39,897 nucleotides of DNA from a bacterium (GCA_030622125.1 JAUXGM010000001.1:1-39897); one strand, 5' to 3'. Counted from the first letter of the stretch, positions 16,317-25,231 are shown. Numbers and translations: made by a program. The notes: a model not told the origin generated them from the letters alone.

Positions 16317-18191
16317 ATGAAGTACGAGGAAAAATTTTCAGAAGAAGTTTTAGAAAAGGAAAAGGAACTTGCACATTTTGGAGTAACGGATAGATTCGGT
16401 GCTGTCATTTTATGTGTTGTCGTAACTGTCCTTGGAAATATTCTCAAGGTTTACAATATCCCCTGGATTATTATTGTTATTCCGGCTGGGATGGAGTTGA
16501 TACAAAATATATTTATTATGATCGTCGTCCTGAAGATGAATAAATATCAGAGATGGATGAGGTTTATGTTTCCCGTAATTGATGCTATTGTAATTTCCAT
16601 TGTTATTCCCTACACCGGGGGCTTTGCCTCACCGTTATTCCTGGCGTACTTTCTCGGGATAACGCATAATGGTAACGACCTTGGATTGGGAATGGCTATG
16701 TATGTAGGTCTGATTTCCGTTGTTTTATATATCGGTTCTCTATTTGTTACCGTTAAACTTTCCGATATTCCAATTTCATATTTTAATGAGATACTCAGAC
16801 TCGGATTACTTCTCTATGTTTCTTTTATGGCAGGAACACTCGGTCAGCGTTCTCTCAGTAAAACAAGGGATCTAAGAAAGGCGATGTATGAGGTTGAGAA
16901 TGGTAATTTGGATACAAATGTGGAGGTTAAAGAAAAAAGTGAATTCGGATATCTTTCTCTTAGTTTTAATAAGATGATGGAAAGCTTAAATATCGCTAAA
17001 GATCAGGCAATAGCGATAGCAAATGACAGATTGGATGATGACATATTAAAAAGTGAATTTAAGGGTGATTTTGGAAAAGCATTTACGGAAATGAATGAAA
17101 AACTCATCTTTATCGCTGATATTGCAAAGCAGATCGCCGATGACAATTTAAGTATGATCAATATGGATAAGTTAGATAATGACGGCACATTATCCACTGC
17201 TTTCAGAAAAATGGTTGAACGACTTGTTGTGATCTCTGAATATATGAATTCAATAAAGGCAGGTAAATTGAATCTTGAACTTCCGGAGGAACTAAAAGCA
17301 GGAGATGTAGGAAGTGCACTTTATGGGAACTTAACAAAATTACAAGAGGTCATCGGCAATGTAAAGGAATCGTCAATGAAGATATCGGGTTCTTCCACTC
17401 AGGTATTAGCAGCATCCGAAGAGCTGAATACAGGAGCAACGGAATCTGCCGCCTCTATAGAGGAAACAACATCGACTATTGAAGAATTCTCAACTACATC
17501 AAGACAAATTATGGAAAATTCCAATATTGTTTCAAGTTATGCGGAGGATACCCTAAATAACGGACTTACACTGGAAGAAAAGGTTGGTGATCTTATCGGA
17601 AGTATGAATGAGATCAAACAATCAAGTGTAAGTACTACCGATAGGATTATGAAACTTGGAGACCAATCAAAGGAGATCGCAGATATATTAAGCATTATAG
17701 AGGATTTTTCGGTTCAAACCAAACTACTTGCTTTAAATGCAAGTATTGAGGCAGTAGGTGCCGGGGAAGCCGGAAAAAGATTTGGCGTGGTAGCCGAAGA
17801 GATAAAAAATCTTGCCGGATCCGTAGGTGATTCTACCAAGAGGATCAATGAAATAATCGGTAATATCAAAACATCTATTGAAGAATCCGTTATTTCAAGT
17901 GAATCACAGATAAAAGATGTAAATTCAGGTGTAGATAAATTAAGTGAAGTAAAATCATTTACCTCAAAATTAAAAGGGGTTATGGAAAAAACAACGGATG
18001 CTTCCAAACAAATCAAACTTTCCACAATGCAGCAAAAAACAGCAGGTGATCAATTACTTGGAGCGATGAAGGATATATCAAGTGTAGCAAATCAAACGGC
18101 AACATCAACCAAAGAATTGGTTTCATTGGTTGAAAATTTGAATACTATCTCTGAAATAATGAAGGAAATGTCGGATTTTTTTGAACTCTGA
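16317..18191 (+). CDS. Methyl-accepting chemotaxis protein with polytopic membrane N-terminus
   Basis: Signalling hairpin QTKLLALNASIEAVGAGEAGKRFGVVAEEIKNLA. HAMP-like EFGYLSLSFNKMMESL. Start moved from 16272 (a TTG inside the promoter) to ATG 16317, which has an RBS. Confidence 0.9.
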   Translation: MKYEEKFSEEVLEKEKELAHFGVTDRFGAVILCVVVTVLGNILKVYNIPWIIIVIPAGMELIQNIFIMIVVLKMNKYQRWMRFMFPVIDAIVISIVIPYTGGFASPLFLAYFLGITHNGNDLGLGMAMYVGLISVVLYIGSLFVTVKLSDIPISYFNEILRLGLLLYVSFMAGTLGQRSLSKTRDLRKAMYEVENGNLDTNVEVKEKSEFGYLSLSFNKMMESLNIAKDQAIAIANDRLDDDILKSEFKGDFGKAFTEMNEKLIFIADIAKQIADDNLSMINMDKLDNDGTLSTAFRKMVERLVVISEYMNSIKAGKLNLELPEELKAGDVGSALYGNLTKLQEVIGNVKESSMKISGSSTQVLAASEELNTGATESAASIEETTSTIEEFSTTSRQIMENSNIVSSYAEDTLNNGLTLEEKVGDLIGSMNEIKQSSVSTTDRIMKLGDQSKEIADILSIIEDFSVQTKLLALNASIEAVGAGEAGKRFGVVAEEIKNLAGSVGDSTKRINEIIGNIKTSIEESVISSESQIKDVNSGVDKLSEVKSFTSKLKGVMEKTTDASKQIKLSTMQQKTAGDQLLGAMKDISSVANQTATSTKELVSLVENLNTISEIMKEMSDFFEL

Positions 18192-18196
18192 TCTTT

Positions 18197-20281
18197 ATGG
18201 AAGACAAACTCTCAAAAAAACAACTCATTGGCTTTTTTAAGCAGGAATTTGATGACAGAACGACATTGATAACTAATGCTTTATTGGATATTGGTGAAAA
18301 AAATATGGGAGAAAAAGCCAAGATCATACTTCGAGAACTTCATGGATTAAAAGGTTCGTCAAAAATGGTCGGACTCACTAATATTTCAGAAGCAGTTCAT
18401 AAATGCGAAGATCTCTATAAAGATATTTCAAATGAATTAGTAAAATTTGACGATGAAATACTAAATATTTCCCTTTTACTAATTGACAGTATCGGAGAAG
18501 ATCTCTACAAACAGATAAATGAGGAGAGCCAACCGAGAAATTATAAGGATATAGAAAATGAGATTGACAAACTTAGAAAAACCGAGGAGAAGGCAAAACA
18601 AAAACAAAAAGAAATAAAAGTAGCCAAACCAAAGTCAAAAATAGAGACAAAAAATGTAATTTATGAAGAGGCAAACATCAGTGTTCCAATTAGAAAGATC
18701 AATGGTCTCATTGATTCATTCGGACAGATCTTACTTAGAGATAATTTTTTAGAAAATATTAATAGACGACTAAAGTTTTTAAAAAATATTATGATCAGTG
18801 AAAATATAAAGGGCAAACCTATTAAGGATCTCAGGGAAACAATAAAATTGTTGAGCTATGAAGTACAAGCCGGTTACTATTTTTCCAAAGAATTAAAACA
18901 GGATATTCTTTCGCTAAAAATGATTCCGGTGAAAAAACTTACATCAAAATTTCCAAGAATGGTCTATGATATCTCTAAAGAACTTGGTAAAAAAATTAGT
19001 TTTGATATCGTTGGAAATGATGCGGAGATTGAAGCGGAAACCTTTAATAAATTACAGGATCCTCTAATGCACCTTATTAGAAATTCCATTGATCATGGTA
19101 TAGAACCACCGGAAGAAAGAAAGAAAAAGAATAAGCCTGAGATCGGGATTATTCATCTTTCATTTGAACAAACATCTGAAAATACCATTATAAAAGCTCA
19201 GGATGATGGTCGGGGACTTTCAAAAGCAAAGATATTGGAAAAAGCAATTCAAAATAAATTCATAACAAAAAAGGCAGCGGAAAAGCTTCCGGATTCCGAT
19301 ATTTACAAGTATATTTTTACAATGGGTTTCTCCACAAAGAAAAAAACAAGTGAAATTTCCGGCAGAGGGATTGGAATGGATGTCGTTAAAAAAATAATTG
19401 TCGATGATCTAAAAGGAAAAATAGAAATAGATAGTCAACCTGAGCAAGGATTAACTTTTATACTTTCCATACCGTTAACATTGTCAATAATGAATATCCT
19501 TCTTTTCAGCGGAATAAATGATCTTTTTGGAATTCCGATTGATTATGTAAAAGGCATATTTCATAGATCAAAGATCGCAGTAAAAAGTATGAAAAAAAGA
19601 ACATTTATTGAATTTCAAGGCAGCATAATTCCTCTCTATTCCTTTTCAAATATCATGGGTGAAAAAAATAAGGGCAATGAAAATTTTATTATTGTTGGTG
19701 AATATAATTTCATAAGATTTGCTATTGCTGTGGAAGATATATTTGAAAAGGTGTCCTCTGTAATAAAAAAATTGCATGAACCACTTAAAGATAATAAAAT
19801 TTATTTAGGAGCTATTATTCTCGGAAACGGTAAACTAACACCGATATTAAATCCGGAATATTTCACCGTTTATGAAGAAAGTGAAGTCGTTAATTTAGTA
19901 AATAAGGCGAAGAAAACAGCTATTACATATCATCTTCTTGTTGTTGACGACTCAATGATGACAAGAACGGTAGAAAAAAATATGTTGGAAGAATTGGGAT
20001 ATAAGGTTGATGAGGCGGAGGATGGAAAGAAAGCACTTGAAAAAGCACTTAATGGGCATTATGATCTAATATTTTCCGATATTCAAATGCCGAATATGGA
20101 TGGAATAGAACTTTTGGAAGCTATGCGACAGCGGAAAAAATTGAGGCATATACCGTTTATATTTGTATCAACATTAAGTGAAGATACTATTAATCTCCCA
20201 AAGGATTTCTATCAGGGATTTGTGAAAAAAAGAAATTTTACCTCCAAAAATATTGATTCTGTAATAAAGGAGATCTTATGA
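18197..20281 (+). CDS. cheA: Chemotaxis histidine kinase CheA with C-terminal receiver (CheA-REC hybrid)
   Basis: HPt (ELHGLKGSSKMVGL). N-box DPLMHLIRNSIDHGIE. G-boxes DDGRGL and SGRGIGMDVV. CheW-like P5. C-terminal REC (LLVVDDS...IFSDIQMPNMDG). Confidence 0.9.
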   Translation: MEDKLSKKQLIGFFKQEFDDRTTLITNALLDIGEKNMGEKAKIILRELHGLKGSSKMVGLTNISEAVHKCEDLYKDISNELVKFDDEILNISLLLIDSIGEDLYKQINEESQPRNYKDIENEIDKLRKTEEKAKQKQKEIKVAKPKSKIETKNVIYEEANISVPIRKINGLIDSFGQILLRDNFLENINRRLKFLKNIMISENIKGKPIKDLRETIKLLSYEVQAGYYFSKELKQDILSLKMIPVKKLTSKFPRMVYDISKELGKKISFDIVGNDAEIEAETFNKLQDPLMHLIRNSIDHGIEPPEERKKKNKPEIGIIHLSFEQTSENTIIKAQDDGRGLSKAKILEKAIQNKFITKKAAEKLPDSDIYKYIFTMGFSTKKKTSEISGRGIGMDVVKKIIVDDLKGKIEIDSQPEQGLTFILSIPLTLSIMNILLFSGINDLFGIPIDYVKGIFHRSKIAVKSMKKRTFIEFQGSIIPLYSFSNIMGEKNKGNENFIIVGEYNFIRFAIAVEDIFEKVSSVIKKLHEPLKDNKIYLGAIILGNGKLTPILNPEYFTVYEESEVVNLVNKAKKTAITYHLLVVDDSMMTRTVEKNMLEELGYKVDEAEDGKKALEKALNGHYDLIFSDIQMPNMDGIELLEAMRQRKKLRHIPFIFVSTLSEDTINLPKDFYQGFVKKRNFTSKNIDSVIKEIL

Positions 20282-21279
20282 TCAGGGTATTGATCGTTGA
20301 TGATTCTATCGTGGTAAGAAAAACACTTAGAGAAATTTTTTTAGAAAAAAATGATATAGAGGTTGTTGCGGAAGCAGTAAATGGAAATGAAGCATTTTAT
20401 TTCGGTAAAAAGTTTACACCCGATATAATAACAATGGATATTCACATGCCCGGTGGGAACGGACTCGTAGCAATCGAAAAAATAATGGCGGAAAATCCGA
20501 CACCGATACTGATATTATCATCTTCAACCGGGCTTGAAGATGATGTTTCCATTTTCCAATTATTAAAGTATGGTGTCGTAGATATTTTTGAAAAACCCGA
20601 TATTACCGAATGGGATAAAAAACCTGCTTTGAAAGAAAGATTTTTCAATAAAATATATGAACTTTCCTCACTTAAAAAGAAGTTAAAAAAGAAAATTAAA
20701 AGGAAAAAGAAATTTGAGCCTGATAATATAGATATTGTCAGTATAGTTTCATCGACAGGCGGACCCAAGATATTAAAAGAAATTATGGAAAATATTAGTA
20801 AAAATGTTAGACTACCTATTGTTTGTGTTCAACATATATCGCAAGGATTTGTACCCGGACTTGTAAGTTGGCTCAATAGTTTTTCTAACCTACCCGCAAA
20901 AATCGCACAAAACGGCGAAAAATTAGTCGGAGGAACAATTTATTTTGCACCTGCTGATTTCCATATTGAGGTATCAAAAAATAGAAGGATATTATTAAAT
21001 AAGAAACCGACAATATTCGGACTTAGACCGGCTGGGGATTATCTATTAAGTTCGATGGAGAGTTTTAATGAAAAAGCATTGGGAATAATTCTAACAGGAA
21101 TGGGTTCCGACGGGACAAAGGGGTTAAAGAAAATGTATATTGCGGGTGGATATACAATTGTTCAAGATGAAGATACCTCCATTGTATGGGGAATGCCTAA
21201 AAGTGCATTGGATGCAGGGTGTGTAGATGAGGTATTAAATACAAAAGAGATCATTGAGAGATTAAATAAACTTGTATGA
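20278..21279 (+). CDS. cheB: Protein-glutamate methylesterase CheB
   Basis: N-terminal REC (VLIVDDS...DIHMPGGNG). Methylesterase motifs SSTGGPK, QHISQGF and GMGSDGTKGL...VWGMPKSA. Confidence 0.9.
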   Translation: MIRVLIVDDSIVVRKTLREIFLEKNDIEVVAEAVNGNEAFYFGKKFTPDIITMDIHMPGGNGLVAIEKIMAENPTPILILSSSTGLEDDVSIFQLLKYGVVDIFEKPDITEWDKKPALKERFFNKIYELSSLKKKLKKKIKRKKKFEPDNIDIVSIVSSTGGPKILKEIMENISKNVRLPIVCVQHISQGFVPGLVSWLNSFSNLPAKIAQNGEKLVGGTIYFAPADFHIEVSKNRRILLNKKPTIFGLRPAGDYLLSSMESFNEKALGIILTGMGSDGTKGLKKMYIAGGYTIVQDEDTSIVWGMPKSALDAGCVDEVLNTKEIIERLNKLV

Positions 21280-22658
21280 ATTATTATAATGATATTAAGA
21301 CTTACACGGAAAATAATTTCGGTATAAATCTAAGCAATGAAAAAATTGATTTTATAACAAATATCTTAAAAAGGAAATATAATACCACAAATGATGGTAT
21401 TTTACAGACGCTGTTTAGCGACAAAAGGGTATATGATGAATTTATTACCCGCCTAACGGTTCCCGAAACATATTTTTTTAGAAATCAAGAACATATATTG
21501 ATCTTAATGGATATTCTCAAAAGTGATTTTAAAAATAGAAGGGATCTGATCTTTCTTTCAGCAGGATGCTCAACCGGAGAAGAACCTTATACCATTGCGA
21601 TTTTATTAAAAGAATATTTTCCTGAAATGTATGAAAACTCAATGATCTTCGGAATAGATTTAAATAATGAATCAATTGAAACAGCAAAATTTGGAATTTA
21701 CGGACAATCCTCATTTAGAAATGAGATGATGGGACTGAAAAATAAATATTTTTCATCTGTATCGCCTTATGAATACAAGATCAATAAAGAAGTGCAAAAA
21801 AAGGTAATTTTTTCACAGGGAAACATTATAAATTATGATTACAAAAAAATGGCTACAAAATTTGATGTAATATTTTGTAGAAATGTTTTTATCTATTTTA
21901 GTAAGGAAAAGATACTTAGAGTCTTAAAATATTTTTATGACCGGATGCATGATAAAAGCTATCTGTTCGTCGGACATTCCGAGATGATAAATCAGATAAC
22001 AAATATTTTTCAGCCAATGCTTTTAAGAAATAGTTTCGTTTTTCAAAAAGCAGTAGAGAACATTAAAGAAGAACAAGAGTTACTAATTACTAATAAAAAA
22101 TTTATTAAATCCATTCGAAAACAGAAGGCAGAAGAAATATTTATAGATGAGAATGAAAACAAATTAAAAGAGATCAGACAATGTATAGCAATAGAAAACT
22201 ATGAAGGAGCAAGAAAATTATTAACCGTTTATTTAAAAGAAATACCGAACACAATAAAGGGAAAAATATTAGAAGCAACCATTCTATTTTATGAAAAAAA
22301 GTATGATCCGGCAATTCAAATTTTGGATAAATTAGAGAAAAGAACAGGACCGTTATTTTATATTTACTTTATAAAGGGCTTAATTTACAGTGAATCAAAT
22401 AATTTCTCACTTGGTATAAAAAATTTTGAGAAGGCAATTACAATAAATAGTAAAAGTTTAATATCTCATTTTTTATTGGCTTTTATGTGCGAACAAAAGC
22501 GATATTATAAAAGTGCAATAAAATATTACAAAAAAATAGTAAATGATAATAATTTAAAAATTGACCCGAAAATTCAAGAAATAGTATCAAGTCTAAGCGA
22601 AAAACAATTAAAAGATTTGGCTAAACAAAAGGTTAATTCTTTTAGTAAAAAGGAGTAA
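21276..22658 (+). CDS. cheR: Chemotaxis methyltransferase CheR with C-terminal TPR-like region
   Basis: SAM-binding motif LSAGCSTGEEPYTIAILL and IFCRNVFIYF. About 190 extra C-terminal residues with TPR-like helical repeats. Confidence 0.85.
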   Translation: MNYYNDIKTYTENNFGINLSNEKIDFITNILKRKYNTTNDGILQTLFSDKRVYDEFITRLTVPETYFFRNQEHILILMDILKSDFKNRRDLIFLSAGCSTGEEPYTIAILLKEYFPEMYENSMIFGIDLNNESIETAKFGIYGQSSFRNEMMGLKNKYFSSVSPYEYKINKEVQKKVIFSQGNIINYDYKKMATKFDVIFCRNVFIYFSKEKILRVLKYFYDRMHDKSYLFVGHSEMINQITNIFQPMLLRNSFVFQKAVENIKEEQELLITNKKFIKSIRKQKAEEIFIDENENKLKEIRQCIAIENYEGARKLLTVYLKEIPNTIKGKILEATILFYEKKYDPAIQILDKLEKRTGPLFYIYFIKGLIYSESNNFSLGIKNFEKAITINSKSLISHFLLAFMCEQKRYYKSAIKYYKKIVNDNNLKIDPKIQEIVSSLSEKQLKDLAKQKVNSFSKKE

Positions 22659-22662
22659 AAAA

Positions 22663-23037
22663 ATGAATGTACTTTATGTAGAAGACAGTTCAACTCTCGT
22701 TAATATGGTAAAATTTTATCTTGAGCAGAAGGGAATGAAATGCTTCACAGCTGATAATGTTGATGACGCTTTAAAAATATTAAAAAACGAAAAAATTGAT
22801 TTTATCCTTGCAGACATTATTTTAAGAGGAGCATTTAAAACCGGTTATATATTGGTAAGGGAAATAAAAAAGGATCCGGAACTAAAAAATATACCTGTCC
22901 TTTTGACCTCAACCAGACCGGCGAAATCAGCATCTATTACAGCAGAGAAGATCGGAGCAAACGGTTTTATTGAAAAACCCTTTGAAATGGAATATCTATA
23001 TAAAAAAATCGTAGAGCTAACAAATGAAAGTTCTTAA
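22663..23037 (+). CDS. cheY: Single-domain response regulator (CheY-like)
   Basis: 124 aa REC: VLYVEDSS, acceptor Asp in FILADIIL, LLTST, FIEKPF. Confidence 0.85.
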   Translation: MNVLYVEDSSTLVNMVKFYLEQKGMKCFTADNVDDALKILKNEKIDFILADIILRGAFKTGYILVREIKKDPELKNIPVLLTSTRPAKSASITAEKIGANGFIEKPFEMEYLYKKIVELTNESS

Positions 23038-23470
23038 ATGTTTTATAGGTATAACCCCTTTGGGGATCAAAATAAATGAGATAGAAGAAATAATTGAAAC
23101 TGTATTATATAATGAATTTGCCGGACAGAGTAAATATACAATCGGTTTTATAAATTACAGAGGCAGAGAGGTACAATTATTGAACTTAGCAAAGATATTA
23201 AAATCAAAATACAAAGCAGATTATGAAGACCAATTTATTCTCGTATTAAAGGATAAACCGTTCGGTTTAGTTGTGGATATTATTGAAAATATAGATGAAA
23301 TTGAAATAAAAAATTTGGTAGATCCGGAATTAACATTTCCAAACTATGATTTTATAGATAAGGTTTTTATAAAAAATAATTTCCCTATCTACGAAACCGA
23401 TAAGATCGTAGGTAGATTAGGTAATAAAGATGAAAAAAAAAGAAGAAAAACTAAAAAAAAGAACAGCTAA
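23024..23470 (+). CDS. cheW: CheW-like coupling protein 1
   Basis: 148 aa. CheW-fold pattern (IGITPLGIKINEIEEI...IGFINYRGREVQLLNLAKIL...FGLVVDII). Confidence 0.8.
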   Translation: MKVLKCFIGITPLGIKINEIEEIIETVLYNEFAGQSKYTIGFINYRGREVQLLNLAKILKSKYKADYEDQFILVLKDKPFGLVVDIIENIDEIEIKNLVDPELTFPNYDFIDKVFIKNNFPIYETDKIVGRLGNKDEKKRRKTKKKNS

Positions 23471-23912
23471 AATTGCAAAGGTAAGCGAGAAAAAAGTTGT
23501 CGATTTGAAAAGGTATTTGTCTTTTTATATCGGTGAAAAACAATTTGCCGTTTCAGACGAAGAAACAAGTATCATCACACAAAATACGGAGATAAGAATC
23601 CTTTCTAAATTACAACCGCCTCTTATCGGAATAGTGAATTTTAAAGGTACGATCTATAGTGTTATCGATCTCAATCTATTATTTGGCAAGAAGATAGATT
23701 CTAATGTAAAGAATCTAATATTTTTAAAAAATTATTATCTTGCCCTTTCATTCACACAAATTGATGATATGGTTAAAATACCATTAAAAACAATTAAGTC
23801 CATTGCAAATTCCGATATTGAATTTGTTAATTCATTCTTTGTTAGTAAAAATAAAGATGTTTACATTATAGATGTTAAAGAGTTTTATGAAACATATTTT
23901 AGTAGTAGATGA
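23430..23912 (+). CDS. cheW: CheW-like coupling protein 2
   Basis: 160 aa. YLSFYIGEKQFAV...LIGIVNFKGTIYSVIDLNLLFG. 41-nt overlap with cheW-1 in an A-rich tract, so the start is uncertain. Confidence 0.8.
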   Translation: MKKKEEKLKKRTAKIAKVSEKKVVDLKRYLSFYIGEKQFAVSDEETSIITQNTEIRILSKLQPPLIGIVNFKGTIYSVIDLNLLFGKKIDSNVKNLIFLKNYYLALSFTQIDDMVKIPLKTIKSIANSDIEFVNSFFVSKNKDVYIIDVKEFYETYFSSR

Positions 23913-24930
23913 TTCCCTTGTTATTAGAGAAACCCTAAAAAAATTTTTTGAAAGTAATAATTATAAGGTTTCGACGGTAGAAGATGGGCATACATTTTAT
24001 AATTTTATTGAAAGCAACATTCCAGATATAATAATACTGGACAAAATGCTTCCGGATGATGATGGTTTTAACATACTTTATAAAATGAAACTAAATGCTA
24101 AATATAATTCCATACCCGTTATTATGTTTACCACCCAGGACCAATATGAAAATGAAATCACAGGATTAAAACTCGGAGCTGAGTGTTTTCTTTCAAAAGA
24201 TATAAAATTGGAAGAATTAAAACTTTGGGTAGACAGATTGATTGCAAAACAGGAAAAAATTGTATCTACAAAAAATAACCTAAAAAAATTATCATTAGAG
24301 ATCGAGAAAAAAGAAAGTTTACTTTATGAAAAAGCAATTGAGCTTAAAAAGACAAATGAAAAATTAATAAAACTTAGTTATGATTTAATAATGGTTCTTC
24401 TTAAAACAATTGAAGTAAAAGATGTTTATACAAAAAATCATTCTGAAAATGTTTCTAATCTTTCTCTTATAATTGCTTCTTATATTGGTTTTACTCCGAA
24501 GAAATTAAATGATGTAAAGATTGCCGGTTACCTTCACGATATCGGCAAAATAGGTATTAGCGAGACCATTCTTAATTACCCGAATAAATTAGATACTCAA
24601 AGTCGAAGGATTATTGAAAATCATCCGATATTAGGAGCTGATATAATCAAGTCGGTTGATTCTTTATCACATTTAGCAAGTTTTGTAAGACAACATCACG
24701 AAAATTTCGATGGGTCTGGTTATCCTGACAAATTGATAGGTGAAGAAATTTCCATAGAAGGCAGGATACTTAGAATAGCTGATTTTTTTGATGCTCTTTC
24801 AACTGATAGGGTTTATAGACCCGCATACTCGGTAGAAGAGACATTGAATATGATGAAAGGAAAAAAGGGCATCTATTTTGATCCTGAAATACTTGAAACA
24901 TTTTTTAAAATCATTCAAAAGGGAAGTTGA
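23887..24930 (+). CDS. Response regulator with HD-GYP domain (RpfG-type putative c-di-GMP phosphodiesterase)
   Basis: REC (HILVVDDS...IIILDKMLPDDDG). Coiled-coil linker. HD-GYP motifs GYLHDIGKIGI and HHENFDGSGYP. I prefer ATG 23887 (MKHILVVDD) over 23872. Confidence 0.9.
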   Translation: MKHILVVDDSLVIRETLKKFFESNNYKVSTVEDGHTFYNFIESNIPDIIILDKMLPDDDGFNILYKMKLNAKYNSIPVIMFTTQDQYENEITGLKLGAECFLSKDIKLEELKLWVDRLIAKQEKIVSTKNNLKKLSLEIEKKESLLYEKAIELKKTNEKLIKLSYDLIMVLLKTIEVKDVYTKNHSENVSNLSLIIASYIGFTPKKLNDVKIAGYLHDIGKIGISETILNYPNKLDTQSRRIIENHPILGADIIKSVDSLSHLASFVRQHHENFDGSGYPDKLIGEEISIEGRILRIADFFDALSTDRVYRPAYSVEETLNMMKGKKGIYFDPEILETFFKIIQKGS

Positions 24931-24951
24931 ATAAGGAAATACCGAAAAACA

Positions 24952-24972
24952 GAGGTTGGAGGTTAGAGGTTA
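24952..24972. repeat. Heptamer tandem array GAGGTTR x3
   Basis: GAGGTTG GAGGTTA GAGGTTA, followed by GTGAAG as at 13833. Confidence 0.9.
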
Positions 24973-24986
24973 GTGAAGAATACCAG

Positions 24987-25018
24987 AGAATAAGAAAATA
25001 AGTTAATAAGGAAATAAA
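24987..25018. repeat. Octamer tandem array nnAATAAG x4
   Basis: AGAATAAG AAAATAAG TTAATAAG GAAATAAA. Confidence 0.85.
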
Positions 25019-25047
25019 ATTTAGGATTTTGGGTTTGGGTTTTTCTG

Positions 25048-25082
25048 TCACTATTCACTTTTCACTATTCATTTTTCACTTG
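25048..25082. repeat. Heptamer tandem array TCACTWT x5
   Basis: TCACTAT TCACTTT TCACTAT TCATTTT TCACTTG. Confidence 0.9.
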
Positions 25083-25092
25083 TTTTTTTGGT

Positions 25093-25162
25093 GTGTCCCG
25101 GACTCTTCCTTAGATAACAATATACCACCCGAGAACAATATAGACAAGGCAATAAGGAAATA
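25093..25162. repeat. Intergenic repeat core, copy 5 (70-nt long form)
   Basis: GTGTCCCGGACTCTTCCTTAGATAACAATATACCACCCGAGAACAATATAGACAAGGCAATAAGGAAATA. 66/70 identical to copy 1. Confidence 0.9.
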
Positions 25163-25231
25163 CGGGAAATGGGTGTATAAGTAAATGAGTTGATGGGTTG
25201 ATAAGGAAAGAAGATTTGAAATATGTGATTA

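Noticed and set aside
23430-23470. Possible slippage-mediated fusion of the two cheW genes across the A-rich 41-nt overlap
   Set aside because: Both ORFs encode complete CheW folds on their own. The overlap is ordinary for this compact genome, and A-runs are ubiquitous here. There is no positive evidence of recoding.
25024-25044. Possible G-quadruplex or telomere-like GGGTTT repeats
   Set aside because: Only two GGG tracts plus one GG are present, too few for a canonical four-tract quadruplex. I treat it as one more short tandem array.
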